A DNA stretch of 64,000 nt, from NCBI GenBank assembly GCA_964610165.1, contig CAZSUZ010000001.1, positions 1,250 through 65,249 on the forward strand, written 5' to 3'. The notes below the pieces were generated by a model that was given only the letters and a program-made list of their open reading frames with translations, did not search any database and was not told where the DNA came from. This document shows, piece by piece, positions 28,966-37,452 of this stretch; the stretch's first letter is position 1, and the number at the start of each line of letters is the position of its first letter. Both the position numbers and the translations under genes were made by a program. Source of the DNA: an uncultured Gammaproteobacteria bacterium. Lineage in GTDB: Bacteria > Patescibacteriota > Microgenomatia > UBA1406 > GWC2-37-13.

Positions 28966-29625
28966 TTAATGGAGGGAAGTGTATTTTTGTAAATTTCTTA
29001 AAACTGTGCAAATTTCTTCATCAGTAACTTGAGGAAATTGATTATAATATGCACTAACGCTTCCTAAAAAATGTTCAGGTTTTAGTAATGTTATTATGTT
29101 GATTGATGTTGGTTGAAACTGCTTAAACAGACGATATGGTAATACTGGAATTGCTACAATAATTTCTTTTGGATGAAATCGTTTTAGTTCTTTTAATGCA
29201 GCTTGTATTGTATAACCTGTAGCAATACCATCATCTACAAGAATAACAATTTTATTTTTTGTATTTACGTTATGATGGAATTTATTATAAAGCTGTTTTT
29301 TTCGTGTTAGTTCTTGAATAAGCTTATGTTCCTCCATTAATAACCATTTATCATCAAGATTCCATACAATCTCTTCATTTACAATTTTTTCTCCACGTTC
29401 TGATACAGCTCCAATCGCATATTCTGGTGAAAAAGGATGAGTTAATTTTTTTACGAGTATGAAATTTAGAGGGGCATGTAAATAAGTAGCAATTTCATGT
29501 GCAACAATAACGCCACCACGAGGAATTGCATACACTACTACAGGTTTGTTTCTGTACTCTTTTAATTTTTTAGCTAATAATTTTCCAGCTTCTTTTCTAT
29601 CTGCAAATTGAGTTATTTTTTTCAT
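28966..29625 (-). CDS. stand-alone phosphoribosyltransferase-domain protein
   Basis: PRPP-binding loop VILVDDGIATGYT. N-terminal FADRKEAGKLLA...IPRGGV is typical of the predicted PRTase family. Confidence 0.8.
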   Translation of the reverse strand: MKKITQFADRKEAGKLLAKKLKEYRNKPVVVYAIPRGGVIVAHEIATYLHAPLNFILVKKLTHPFSPEYAIGAVSERGEKIVNEEIVWNLDDKWLLMEEHKLIQELTRKKQLYNKFHHNVNTKNKIVILVDDGIATGYTIQAALKELKRFHPKEIIVAIPVLPYRLFKQFQPTSINIITLLKPEHFLGSVSAYYNQFPQVTDEEICTVLRNLQKYTSLH

Positions 29626-29660
29626 GCAGACCCAAAATAGCAGAAAGGAGAATAAAATGC

Positions 29661-29676
29661 TGTGATAGTTGTCACA
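29661..29676. promoter_or_regulatory. perfect CRP consensus box TGTGA-N6-TCACA upstream of the PRTase gene
   Basis: tgtgatagttgtcaca, starting 36 nt upstream of the PRTase ATG. Confidence 0.7.
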
Positions 29677-29706
29677 TTTGTAGGCGTATTATTAGTATAT
29701 GAAAAA

Positions 29707-29730
29707 GCCCGCCAGTTTGTGCTGGCGGGC
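29707..29730 (-). terminator. intrinsic terminator of the 343-aa gene
   Basis: gcccgccag / ctggcgggc, a 9-bp GC-rich stem with a 6-nt loop. A-run on plus, so a U-run follows on the minus strand. Confidence 0.85.
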
Positions 29731-29751
29731 TACTATAACTACACGTAATCA

Positions 29752-30783
29752 CTATTGGAATGCTCGACCAGTTAATTTTGCAATCAACTTTCGAGCAGCT
29801 TGGCGTTCTCCTTCATAATGAGATTGTTGAATGATTTTTGACAATCGTTCTAACAATGCCTCATTATAAGGTGTTTGTGCCGAAGCACTTGCTGCGACCC
29901 CGACATAGACCATTTGGGATGGAGCATACAGTTTATCCAAAATAATGGATAGCCGTCTGTTCCAATATGATCCAGCATTTTCTCCGAAGAGAAAACTGAC
30001 CATATCTGGATCTTCCAAAAGGCGATGCACAATGTCATTCTGCATTTGCACAAGGAGCGGAGTAATAAGATCTTTATTGCTCCACATATTGCGGTCATCA
30101 TAAATTTTATGTAGACCGCGCATATCTCCTTCGTACAAAACTTGGTCTAACAGACTTGAAACAAGATCATGTTGAAATCTCGAACCATGCTTGTTTCGGA
30201 ATTCTGTATACCAAATACTGTGATAGGAATCATGACTCCAACTTGGGGAGTCTCTGAGATTTTGAGAGTGTGCAAGTGCCCAACATTCCACCAACAATTT
30301 AAAATCTGTGGCGTACCACATTATTTTATCGTAGTGTGAAAGTTGGTTTGGTTCTCGTTTAGGAATCTTGCCATGATATCGTAGGTATAACGTTGGATAG
30401 TTATTATTCAAACTTTCATCAACAAACCGTCGAGAAGTGAAGCCTGTATTTCCTTCATAGTATTCAGGAAATTTACTTTCTAGGTGAACAGTATCATCCC
30501 CGTTGGGATCATTGGTTATTCCACTCACCCGATCAATACCTTTCAATATCGTTCCTCCATTTAAGGAGAGCGACATGAGTAGCATTCCTGGTTTGATGTC
30601 TTTCCCTTCAATAATTGTTAGGAATACACCATACTTTTGAAAAGATGGATGTAGACGGATCTCCTCTTGAATTGCCTCTAAATCTGCCTTTCCGAGGTAT
30701 TTCCCCTTCAGGCTGATCCGGGACGAATATCCGTACAAGTAATCGGTAATGTTTTCACCTTGTACAACAACGAAACCACGCAT
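29752..30783 (-). CDS. hypothetical 343-aa protein with no recognisable family
   Basis: ORF track 29752..30891. Start reassigned to ATG 30783 (MRGFVVVQGEN), which has AAGGAG 8 nt upstream. It has its own promoter and terminator. His/Trp-rich C-terminal half. Confidence 0.7.
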   Translation of the reverse strand: MRGFVVVQGENITDYLYGYSSRISLKGKYLGKADLEAIQEEIRLHPSFQKYGVFLTIIEGKDIKPGMLLMSLSLNGGTILKGIDRVSGITNDPNGDDTVHLESKFPEYYEGNTGFTSRRFVDESLNNNYPTLYLRYHGKIPKREPNQLSHYDKIMWYATDFKLLVECWALAHSQNLRDSPSWSHDSYHSIWYTEFRNKHGSRFQHDLVSSLLDQVLYEGDMRGLHKIYDDRNMWSNKDLITPLLVQMQNDIVHRLLEDPDMVSFLFGENAGSYWNRRLSIILDKLYAPSQMVYVGVAASASAQTPYNEALLERLSKIIQQSHYEGERQAARKLIAKLTGRAFQ

Positions 30784-30795
30784 GATCTTGCTCCT

Positions 30796-30811
30796 TGTGA
30801 ATAGTGTTACA
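30796..30811. promoter_or_regulatory. CRP-type box (9/10 half-site match) in the 5' UTR of the 343-aa gene
   Basis: tgtgaatagtgttaca, located between the predicted -10 and the SD. Confidence 0.5.
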
Positions 30812-30862
30812 CGTTGTGTTAGTGCTAAAGTGGCAATAAAATTACTGCCAAAATATATATAA

Positions 30863-30891
30863 ATTATACTAAAATTTAGTAGAAATATCAA
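30863..30891 (-). promoter_or_regulatory. sigma70-like promoter TTGATA-17-TATAAT for the 343-aa gene
   Basis: Minus-strand read: ttgata tttctactaaattttag tataat. It would give a 5' UTR of about 70 nt. Confidence 0.6.
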
Positions 30892-30930
30892 TACTATAGG
30901 ATAATTTGTTATTTTGAAGAATAAGGTTTT

Positions 30931-30964
30931 TCCCTCTCATTCCATTCGTATGAAATGAGAGGGA
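30931..30964. other. 11-bp hairpin between the 113-aa and 343-aa genes
   Basis: tccctctcatt / aatgagaggga with a 12-nt loop. No U-run follows on either strand. Confidence 0.5.
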
Positions 30965-30976
30965 AGTCTAACAGAT

Positions 30977-31318
30977 CTACAGAAGCAATTCATACAATTC
31001 TAAAAGACCTTCGGTAATTGCGAAACCCAATACTGCCATTATCATAATGTTGATACTACGTCTTTCTCTAGAATTGGTTTCTAAACCCCATCCAGCAAGA
31101 TTAGGGGTGCTATCTGCTATAAATAGCAAAGATATAGCCCATAAACCGCTAGTGATAAATTTTAAAAACCATGCGCCAAATTTTAGAGCCAAAGCTTGAT
31201 TTGGCTCTAGGTCTATCAATGCAGTTGCAAATTCATTGATGATTGAAATCAGCAATGGGCAAACAAGCATAATACACAAAGAAACAACAATAAGTATCCA
31301 AGTCCTAATACGCAACAT
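30977..31318 (-). CDS. hypothetical 3-TM membrane protein
   Basis: 113-aa ORF with three hydrophobic helices and no family motif. Confidence 0.5.
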   Translation of the reverse strand: MLRIRTWILIVVSLCIMLVCPLLISIINEFATALIDLEPNQALALKFGAWFLKFITSGLWAISLLFIADSTPNLAGWGLETNSRERRSINIMIMAVLGFAITEGLLELYELLL

Positions 31319-31425
31319 CGCAATGGCCTTTCTACTATGGATTGATTAGACACGCAAATTATACATTTTTAATGTCTTAAATCAATACGGTTAAATTTTA
31401 TTTGGATATGTATTAAATGATAATT

Positions 31426-31434
31426 TGATAAAAT
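31426..31434 (+). promoter_or_regulatory. extended -10 TGaTAAAAT 6 nt upstream of the murB ATG
   Basis: tgataaaat, spacer atactg, ATG at 31441. Confidence 0.45.
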
Positions 31435-31440
31435 ATACTG

Positions 31441-32373
31441 ATGCAAAAATTAATGAAACATTTTGGAGATCGAATTAAGCAACAAAAAGATCTTTCTCCT
31501 TACTTTACTCTCAAAACAAAAACTGTAGCTCAATATTATTTGGAAGCAGAAAGCAAAGAAGATATTGTGTATGCACTTCGTATAGCTTCAGAAGAAAAAA
31601 TACCTATGTTTATATTAGGTGGCGGTTCAAATATTGCTGTTGTAAGCGATGTTATTGAAGGTTTGGTACTTCGCAACATGTATAAGAAAAAAGAAATTGT
31701 AAATGAAACATCAGAATATGCAGATATTTTATTTAGTTCAGGATATCCAATGAGTTTAGTTGTTCGTGAAACTGTTCAAGCTGGTTTATCTGGCTTTGAA
31801 TATCATCTTGGACTTCCAGGAACACTTGGTGGAGCAATATATATGAATTCAAAATGGACAAAAAATTTGTCTTATGCAGGTGATAGTTTACTTACTGCCC
31901 AAATTGTAGATAGACAAGGAATCGAACGAACAGTAAATCGAGATTATTTTGCATTTGCGTATGATTATAGTATTCTTCAAAAAACAGGAGAATTATTTTT
32001 GGAAGGTATTTTTAGATTACATAAAGAAGATCCAGGCGTTTTAGAAGAACGTGCACAAGGAGCTCAAGCCTATAGAAAAGAAACACAGCCGTTTGGTGTT
32101 GCAACTGGTGGTTGTTTTTTTCAGAATATTTCGGATGAAGAAAAAGAAAGACTTAATCTTCCAACAAAATCTGCAGGATATTTAGTTGATAAATCTGGGT
32201 TAAAAGGATTTCAGATTGGCGGATTTCAGGTTTCAACAAAACATGCAAATTTTATTATTAATACAGGCGATGGAAAACCAGAAGATTTGCACAAAATGCT
32301 AAATCATATTAAAAGTACTGTTAAAAAAAAGTATGGTGTAGATTTAAAGGAAGAAGTTATAATTAAACAGTAA
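31441..32373 (+). CDS. murB: UDP-N-acetylenolpyruvoylglucosamine reductase
   Basis: FAD-binding LGGGSNIAV. MurB-like C-terminus GGCFFQN...SAGYLVDKSGLKG...HANFIIN. Confidence 0.9.
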   Translation: MQKLMKHFGDRIKQQKDLSPYFTLKTKTVAQYYLEAESKEDIVYALRIASEEKIPMFILGGGSNIAVVSDVIEGLVLRNMYKKKEIVNETSEYADILFSSGYPMSLVVRETVQAGLSGFEYHLGLPGTLGGAIYMNSKWTKNLSYAGDSLLTAQIVDRQGIERTVNRDYFAFAYDYSILQKTGELFLEGIFRLHKEDPGVLEERAQGAQAYRKETQPFGVATGGCFFQNISDEEKERLNLPTKSAGYLVDKSGLKGFQIGGFQVSTKHANFIINTGDGKPEDLHKMLNHIKSTVKKKYGVDLKEEVIIKQ

Positions 32374-32376
32374 ATT

Positions 32377-33699
32377 ATGGAACAAGCATTTAGTATAAAA
32401 GGTGGAAAACCATTAAAAGGAACAGTAGAACTTTCTGGTGCAAAAAATATTGCATTAAAAGTTTTAGTAGCATCATTACTTTTTAAAGATAAAGTAACAA
32501 TTCATCACATTCCACTTATTGAAGACATAAAAGAACTTATACATTTATTGGAATTACTTGGTGCAAAAGTTTCATTTACAGATAAAAATACAATTGAGAT
32601 TGATCCTTCAAACCTTCATCAAAATACCGTAGATTTATTTCAGGCTTCTAAAATTCGTGTTTCTTTTATGCTATTTGCGCCGTTATTATATCGATTTGGG
32701 GAAGCAAACATTCCTAATCCTGGTGGTTGTAGACTTGGTGCACGATCTATTGATCGTATTGTAGAAGGTTTACAAGCATTGGGTATTAAGGTGGATTATA
32801 ATTCTGAAACAGGTTATTACAAAGCAAAAATGAATGGAAAACCACACGGAACTTATACATTTAATAAATCTTCACACACTGGTACAGAACTTATGATTAT
32901 GATGTCTGTTTTTGGGAATGGAACAATTACTATCGAAAATGCTGCTAAAGAACCAGAAATTGATGATTTAATTAATTTTTTAAATGAGGCAGGAGCAAAA
33001 ATTCAACGAAAAGGAACATCCATTAGTATTGAAGGAGTTGAAGAATTACATCAACAAAAGCCCTATACAATAGCGTCAGATAGAGTAGAAGCCATTACGT
33101 ATGCGGTGGCTGGAATTGCAACCAAGGGTGATGTAACAATTTCTTCAATAAAAGAACAAGCAATTTCATCGTTTATATCTGTTATTACAGAGGCTGGTGC
33201 TGGTGTCGAACAAATTAATGAAGATACCTGGCGTTTTTTCTACCAAGAAATGAAGCCAATTCATATTGAAACAACTCCACATCCAGGATTTTTAACAGAT
33301 TGGCAGCCTCTTATGGCAGTGTTAATGACACAGTTGCAAGGTAAATCTACTATTCATGAACGTATTTTTGAAAATAGATTTAGTTATGTAAAGGAATTAC
33401 AAAAATTAGGAGCATCTGTTTCTTATTTAGATACAAGAGTGGAAAATCCTTCAGAATTTTATTTCTTTAATTACGAAGAAGGTAAAAAATATAATCAAAT
33501 GATAGAAATTTCTGGTCCACAACGACTACATGGTGGTGTTCTGACAGTTGCAGATTTGCGTGCTGGAGCAACTCTTGCTATTGCAGCGCTTATTGCAGAC
33601 GGTGAATCTTACATAAAAGGTATAGAGCATTTGCAACGTGGTTATGAAGATTTTGAAGAAAAGATTCAGAAGTTGGGTGGAGAAATAAGAAAAATATAA
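32377..33699 (+). CDS. murA: UDP-N-acetylglucosamine 1-carboxyvinyltransferase
   Basis: LSGAKNIALK. Catalytic-Cys loop NPGGCRLGARSIDR. EPSP-synthase-like fold length. Confidence 0.92.
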   Translation: MEQAFSIKGGKPLKGTVELSGAKNIALKVLVASLLFKDKVTIHHIPLIEDIKELIHLLELLGAKVSFTDKNTIEIDPSNLHQNTVDLFQASKIRVSFMLFAPLLYRFGEANIPNPGGCRLGARSIDRIVEGLQALGIKVDYNSETGYYKAKMNGKPHGTYTFNKSSHTGTELMIMMSVFGNGTITIENAAKEPEIDDLINFLNEAGAKIQRKGTSISIEGVEELHQQKPYTIASDRVEAITYAVAGIATKGDVTISSIKEQAISSFISVITEAGAGVEQINEDTWRFFYQEMKPIHIETTPHPGFLTDWQPLMAVLMTQLQGKSTIHERIFENRFSYVKELQKLGASVSYLDTRVENPSEFYFFNYEEGKKYNQMIEISGPQRLHGGVLTVADLRAGATLAIAALIADGESYIKGIEHLQRGYEDFEEKIQKLGGEIRKI

Positions 33700-33737
33700 T
33701 TTTTTTTGGCATCCCATTTCGCGCCACCTGATCCTCT
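33700..33737. repeat. GC-rich intergenic motif, copy A
   Basis: ttttttttggcatcccatttcgcgccacctgatcctc. It shares tcgcgccacctg[at]tcctc and the T-run+GG...TCCC prefix with copy B. Confidence 0.6.
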
Positions 33738-33757
33738 AGTAGATAGAATAATTAAGG

Positions 33758-34972
33758 TTACTCAACAGCTTCATTTACTACACTTCCAGGTTTAACTCGA
33801 GCTCCCTTTGTTATAGAAACACCCGGCATAAGTGAAGTATTTACACCAAGGAATGCATCTTTTGCTACAATAGCACCAAATTTAATGCGTCCAGTATCTA
33901 TTGTTTCTCCGTTTGGTAGTTTTAGTCGGACAGATTTACCATCGAGTCGCATGTTGGCGGTGGTAGTTCCCCAACTTGGATTTACATTGTTTTCTAAAAT
34001 GGAATCTCCAATAAAATTATGATGGAGCATACATTTTGGTCCAACATAACTTCTTGCAACTTCGGATCCAAAACCAACAACCGCTTCGGACTCGATTACA
34101 GATTGTCTAACTAATGCATGATTGCCAATTTTTGCATATTTACCAATATATGCTGGTCCTTTAATGACCGCAAAATTATCAATATGGGCATTATCATCAA
34201 TATATACATCGCCTTCAATAACTGCATTTGGTGCAACGTATGCTGAAGGAGAACGGTGTTTTTTAATACGATGTTTTAAAAAGAGTTCCATAACATCGAG
34301 AACATTAAAAGCGTATTTGAGTTTTTGCCAGTAGTTTTCATAAATAACTACCTTTACTTCATTATTTTTCATTAACTGTGAAAGTGCTACTTCATAATGA
34401 TTATCTTGGTCAGAAGGCGTTGATTTTAATATTTGTAAAAATTCCTGAGGTTCTGATAAATAATGGAATACAAGATTAATAAATTCACTAGGTTCTTGTC
34501 CTGGTAATGGTTTTTCTACAATCTCTTTTACATTGCCATCGACTATTCTTAAATACCCTGCAGGCATGTGTGAATGCACTTTCATGCCAGTTATAAATGC
34601 ATACGTATTAAATGTAGATTGATAGAGTTTTTTAAAGAAAATTGGATCAATAAAATCTACTGCATTCATAACTAAAATTGGTCTGCCATCTATTTCTTGT
34701 TCAATTTGTAATAAAGCGTCACCCATACCGAGTGGTTTATCTTGAATTTTTGTCTGAATGGTTATATTAAAAGGTTGATAAGAAGCAAGCCAAGCTTCAT
34801 TTTCGGAGTTTGTAACAACTAAAGCTTCGCGAAATCCACTTTGTTCTACCATCTCAAGCATGTGTTGTAATACCGGTTTTCCAAAGAATGGAATGATGGT
34901 TTTGTTTACAGAAAGTGGCTGGAAAGATTTTCCTATCCCTCCGGCAAGTATTACTACAAGTGGCTTTTTCAT
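33758..34972 (-). CDS. sugar-1-phosphate nucleotidyltransferase with a C-terminal left-handed beta-helix (archaeal-type GlmU-like)
   Basis: N-terminal VVILAGGIGKSF. C-terminal hexapeptide repeats (IGKYAKIGNHALV..., VGFGSEV...). Confidence 0.7.
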   Translation of the reverse strand: MKKPLVVILAGGIGKSFQPLSVNKTIIPFFGKPVLQHMLEMVEQSGFREALVVTNSENEAWLASYQPFNITIQTKIQDKPLGMGDALLQIEQEIDGRPILVMNAVDFIDPIFFKKLYQSTFNTYAFITGMKVHSHMPAGYLRIVDGNVKEIVEKPLPGQEPSEFINLVFHYLSEPQEFLQILKSTPSDQDNHYEVALSQLMKNNEVKVVIYENYWQKLKYAFNVLDVMELFLKHRIKKHRSPSAYVAPNAVIEGDVYIDDNAHIDNFAVIKGPAYIGKYAKIGNHALVRQSVIESEAVVGFGSEVARSYVGPKCMLHHNFIGDSILENNVNPSWGTTTANMRLDGKSVRLKLPNGETIDTGRIKFGAIVAKDAFLGVNTSLMPGVSITKGARVKPGSVVNEAVE

Positions 34973-35018
34973 AAATATTAGAGTAAAATTATTATAACAA
35001 TAAATTTAAAGTATATAG

Positions 35019-35024
35019 TACAAT
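35019..35024 (+). promoter_or_regulatory. -10-like TACAAT 8 nt upstream of the yvcK-like ATG
   Basis: TACAAT at 35019-35024, spacer tttgcatt, ATG at 35033. Confidence 0.4.
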
Positions 35025-35032
35025 TTTGCATT

Positions 35033-36001
35033 ATGAAAAAAGTAACTGTATTAGGAGGGGGAACAGGCACATATGTAGTTCTTTCTGGACTAAAAAAACA
35101 CAATTTAGATTTAGCTGCTATTGTTTCCATGATGGATTCAGGGGGTTCAACAGGCCGTTTACGAGATCAACTAGAAGTACTTCCTCCAGGAGATTTACGT
35201 CAATGTTTAGTTGCATTGTCAGAAGCTCCAGAATTATGGCGTAAGTTGTTTTTATATAGATTTGAAAAAGGAGATTTAAAAGGTCATAATTTTGGGAATA
35301 TCTTTCTTTCTGCACTTGAAAAAGTGTCTGATGACTATAAAACTGTTATTGAAACTGCAAATTATGTGTTACAAACAAAAGGTCAAGTTATACCAGTTAC
35401 CATAGAAAAAGCACATTTAAGTGTTGAATATGAAAGTGGAATAAAGCTTAAAGGTGAAGGTATTATTGATGAAGATAATCCAGAACGTTCAAGAATAGTA
35501 AAAGCATATTTGGAGCCAGAAGTTCATGCAAACCCAGATGCAATAGATAGAATTGCTGAATCGGATTATATTGTTGTTGGACCAGGTGATTTATACACAA
35601 GTATTATTCCAGTACTCCTTGTCGGAAAAATTCGAAGTGCACTTAAAAAAAGTAATGCAAAAATAATTTATATAATGAATTTAATGACTAAGGCAGGACA
35701 AACTTCAAATTATACGGGTCAAGATTTTGTAAAAGATATAACTAGTTATTTAGGTCGCGAACCAGAATATATAATAGCTCACGAAGGATCTATTCCAAAA
35801 ATGATTTTAGATTGGTATGCAAGCCATACGGAACATCCAGTAAAAATTGATATTAACAAAGATAATTTTAAAGGTACAATAATAGAAGATGATGTTATTA
35901 GTCGTAGTTATAACAAAGCAAGTACCGCAGATGAATTAACAAGAAGTATTTTAAGACATGATTCCGATAAATTAACAGAACTCATCATGAAAATTATATG
36001 A
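35033..36001 (+). CDS. YvcK/CofD-family protein (UPF0052, gluconeogenesis/cell-shape factor)
   Basis: LGGGTGTYVV and DSGGSTGRLRD. Confidence 0.8.
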   Translation: MKKVTVLGGGTGTYVVLSGLKKHNLDLAAIVSMMDSGGSTGRLRDQLEVLPPGDLRQCLVALSEAPELWRKLFLYRFEKGDLKGHNFGNIFLSALEKVSDDYKTVIETANYVLQTKGQVIPVTIEKAHLSVEYESGIKLKGEGIIDEDNPERSRIVKAYLEPEVHANPDAIDRIAESDYIVVGPGDLYTSIIPVLLVGKIRSALKKSNAKIIYIMNLMTKAGQTSNYTGQDFVKDITSYLGREPEYIIAHEGSIPKMILDWYASHTEHPVKIDINKDNFKGTIIEDDVISRSYNKASTADELTRSILRHDSDKLTELIMKII

Positions 36002-36360
36002 AGAAGCATGCACATGCAATAAAAAATGCCTGGAATGGCATTGTCTGGGGATTTCAAACCCAACCAAACTACAGAATTCATATAGCTCTTTCATTGCTTG
36101 TAGTAGCAGCAGGTATGTTTTTACATGTTTCTTATATTGAATGGTTACTATTAATTGTTGCAATAGTTCTTGGTTTTGTTTTAGAAACAATCAATACAGC
36201 AATTGAACAGCTTGGAGATGCAATTGATAAAAACTATAACGAATATATAAAAAGAGCAAAAGATTCCTCAGCAGGTGCTATGTTATTGTTTTCCATTGGA
36301 GCAATAATTATTGCTGGATGGATATTTATTCCAAAAATTATTGATTTACTTTTTTATTGA
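35998..36360 (+). CDS. dgkA: diacylglycerol/undecaprenol kinase (DgkA family)
   Basis: 120 aa, 3 TM. ETINTAIEQLGDAI and AKDSSAGAMLL. ATGA overlap with the upstream gene. Confidence 0.8.
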   Translation: MKKHAHAIKNAWNGIVWGFQTQPNYRIHIALSLLVVAAGMFLHVSYIEWLLLIVAIVLGFVLETINTAIEQLGDAIDKNYNEYIKRAKDSSAGAMLLFSIGAIIIAGWIFIPKIIDLLFY

Positions 36361-36372
36361 TTAGGAGTATTT

Positions 36373-37410
36373 ATGGCACTTTACATTTTTATTACGCTTA
36401 TTTCACTGATTATACATTTTATACTCATTGTTCCCTTTATAGACTTTTTGTATCAGATGAAGTTTCAACGAGCAAAACAAGATACAAAAGATGCCTTTAA
36501 TAAACCAACTCCCATTTTTGACAAATATCATCAACATAAGTCGGGAACTCCAGTAGGTGGAGGTATTTTGGTTGTTGTCATAACAACACTTCTTTTCTTA
36601 TTTTTTTATTTAAGTTTTTACTTCTTTAATTTAAATGTACATACTAACTTTTCCTCTGTATTTATGGAGGTGGCGCTTATTCTGTTTTCGTTTATTAGTT
36701 TTGCGTTACTTGGCATATACGACGATTTAAACAAAATTTTTTATTGGAAAAAAGAGAATTTTTTTGGGTTACGATTAAGTGCTAAACTGATTATTGAAAT
36801 TATTCTTGCATTACTTATTTCCTTGGGTATTTTTTATGGTTTAGAAGTAAGTTTTCTACATATTCCATTTTTTGGCGTTTTTGATTTATCATATTTTTTT
36901 ATTTTCTTTTGTACATTTGTTATTGTTGCATTTGCAAATGCCGTTAATATTGCAGATGGTTTAGATGGTCTTTCTAGTGGAGCAATGATGATTGCATTAC
37001 TTGCATTTTGGGCAATTGCACGATCTATAATTGATGTTCCTATTTCTATATTTGTTGCAGTTTGGATTGGTGGATTAATTGCATTTTTATATTTTAATAT
37101 TTTTCCAGCTCGTATTTTTCTTGGTGATACAGGCGCCCTATCCTTTGGCGCAACATTTGCTGTTATCGGTCTTATTCTTGGAAAAGCATTTGCCTTACCA
37201 ATTATTGGAGGAATCTTTTTTATTGAAATAGTTAGTTCATTGTTACAATTAATGAGTAAAAAATATCGTGGTAAAAAATTATTTAAAGCTGCGCCATTAC
37301 ATTTACTTCTTCAATATCTGGGTTGGGAAGAACCAAAAATTGTTATGCGTTTTTGGATGGGTGGTATTGTGTTTGCACTAATTGGACTTATGATTGCATT
37401 CTTAAAGTAA
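36373..37410 (+). CDS. mraY: phospho-N-acetylmuramoyl-pentapeptide transferase
   Basis: NAVNIADGLDGL, GDTGALSFG, about 10 TM. SD TAGGAG upstream. Confidence 0.92.
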   Translation: MALYIFITLISLIIHFILIVPFIDFLYQMKFQRAKQDTKDAFNKPTPIFDKYHQHKSGTPVGGGILVVVITTLLFLFFYLSFYFFNLNVHTNFSSVFMEVALILFSFISFALLGIYDDLNKIFYWKKENFFGLRLSAKLIIEIILALLISLGIFYGLEVSFLHIPFFGVFDLSYFFIFFCTFVIVAFANAVNIADGLDGLSSGAMMIALLAFWAIARSIIDVPISIFVAVWIGGLIAFLYFNIFPARIFLGDTGALSFGATFAVIGLILGKAFALPIIGGIFFIEIVSSLLQLMSKKYRGKKLFKAAPLHLLLQYLGWEEPKIVMRFWMGGIVFALIGLMIAFLK

Positions 37411-37452
37411 AACGTTTGCATCGTCTTCAGCTTCATACTACAATGAATTATT

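Noticed and set aside
35026-35244. Alternative-frame ORFs at the 5' ends of the yvcK-like gene (35026-35244) and the acetyltransferase gene (45070-45288).
   Set aside because: The overlapping frames with family motifs (GGGTG..DSGGSTG, and the hexapeptide repeats) explain the region.
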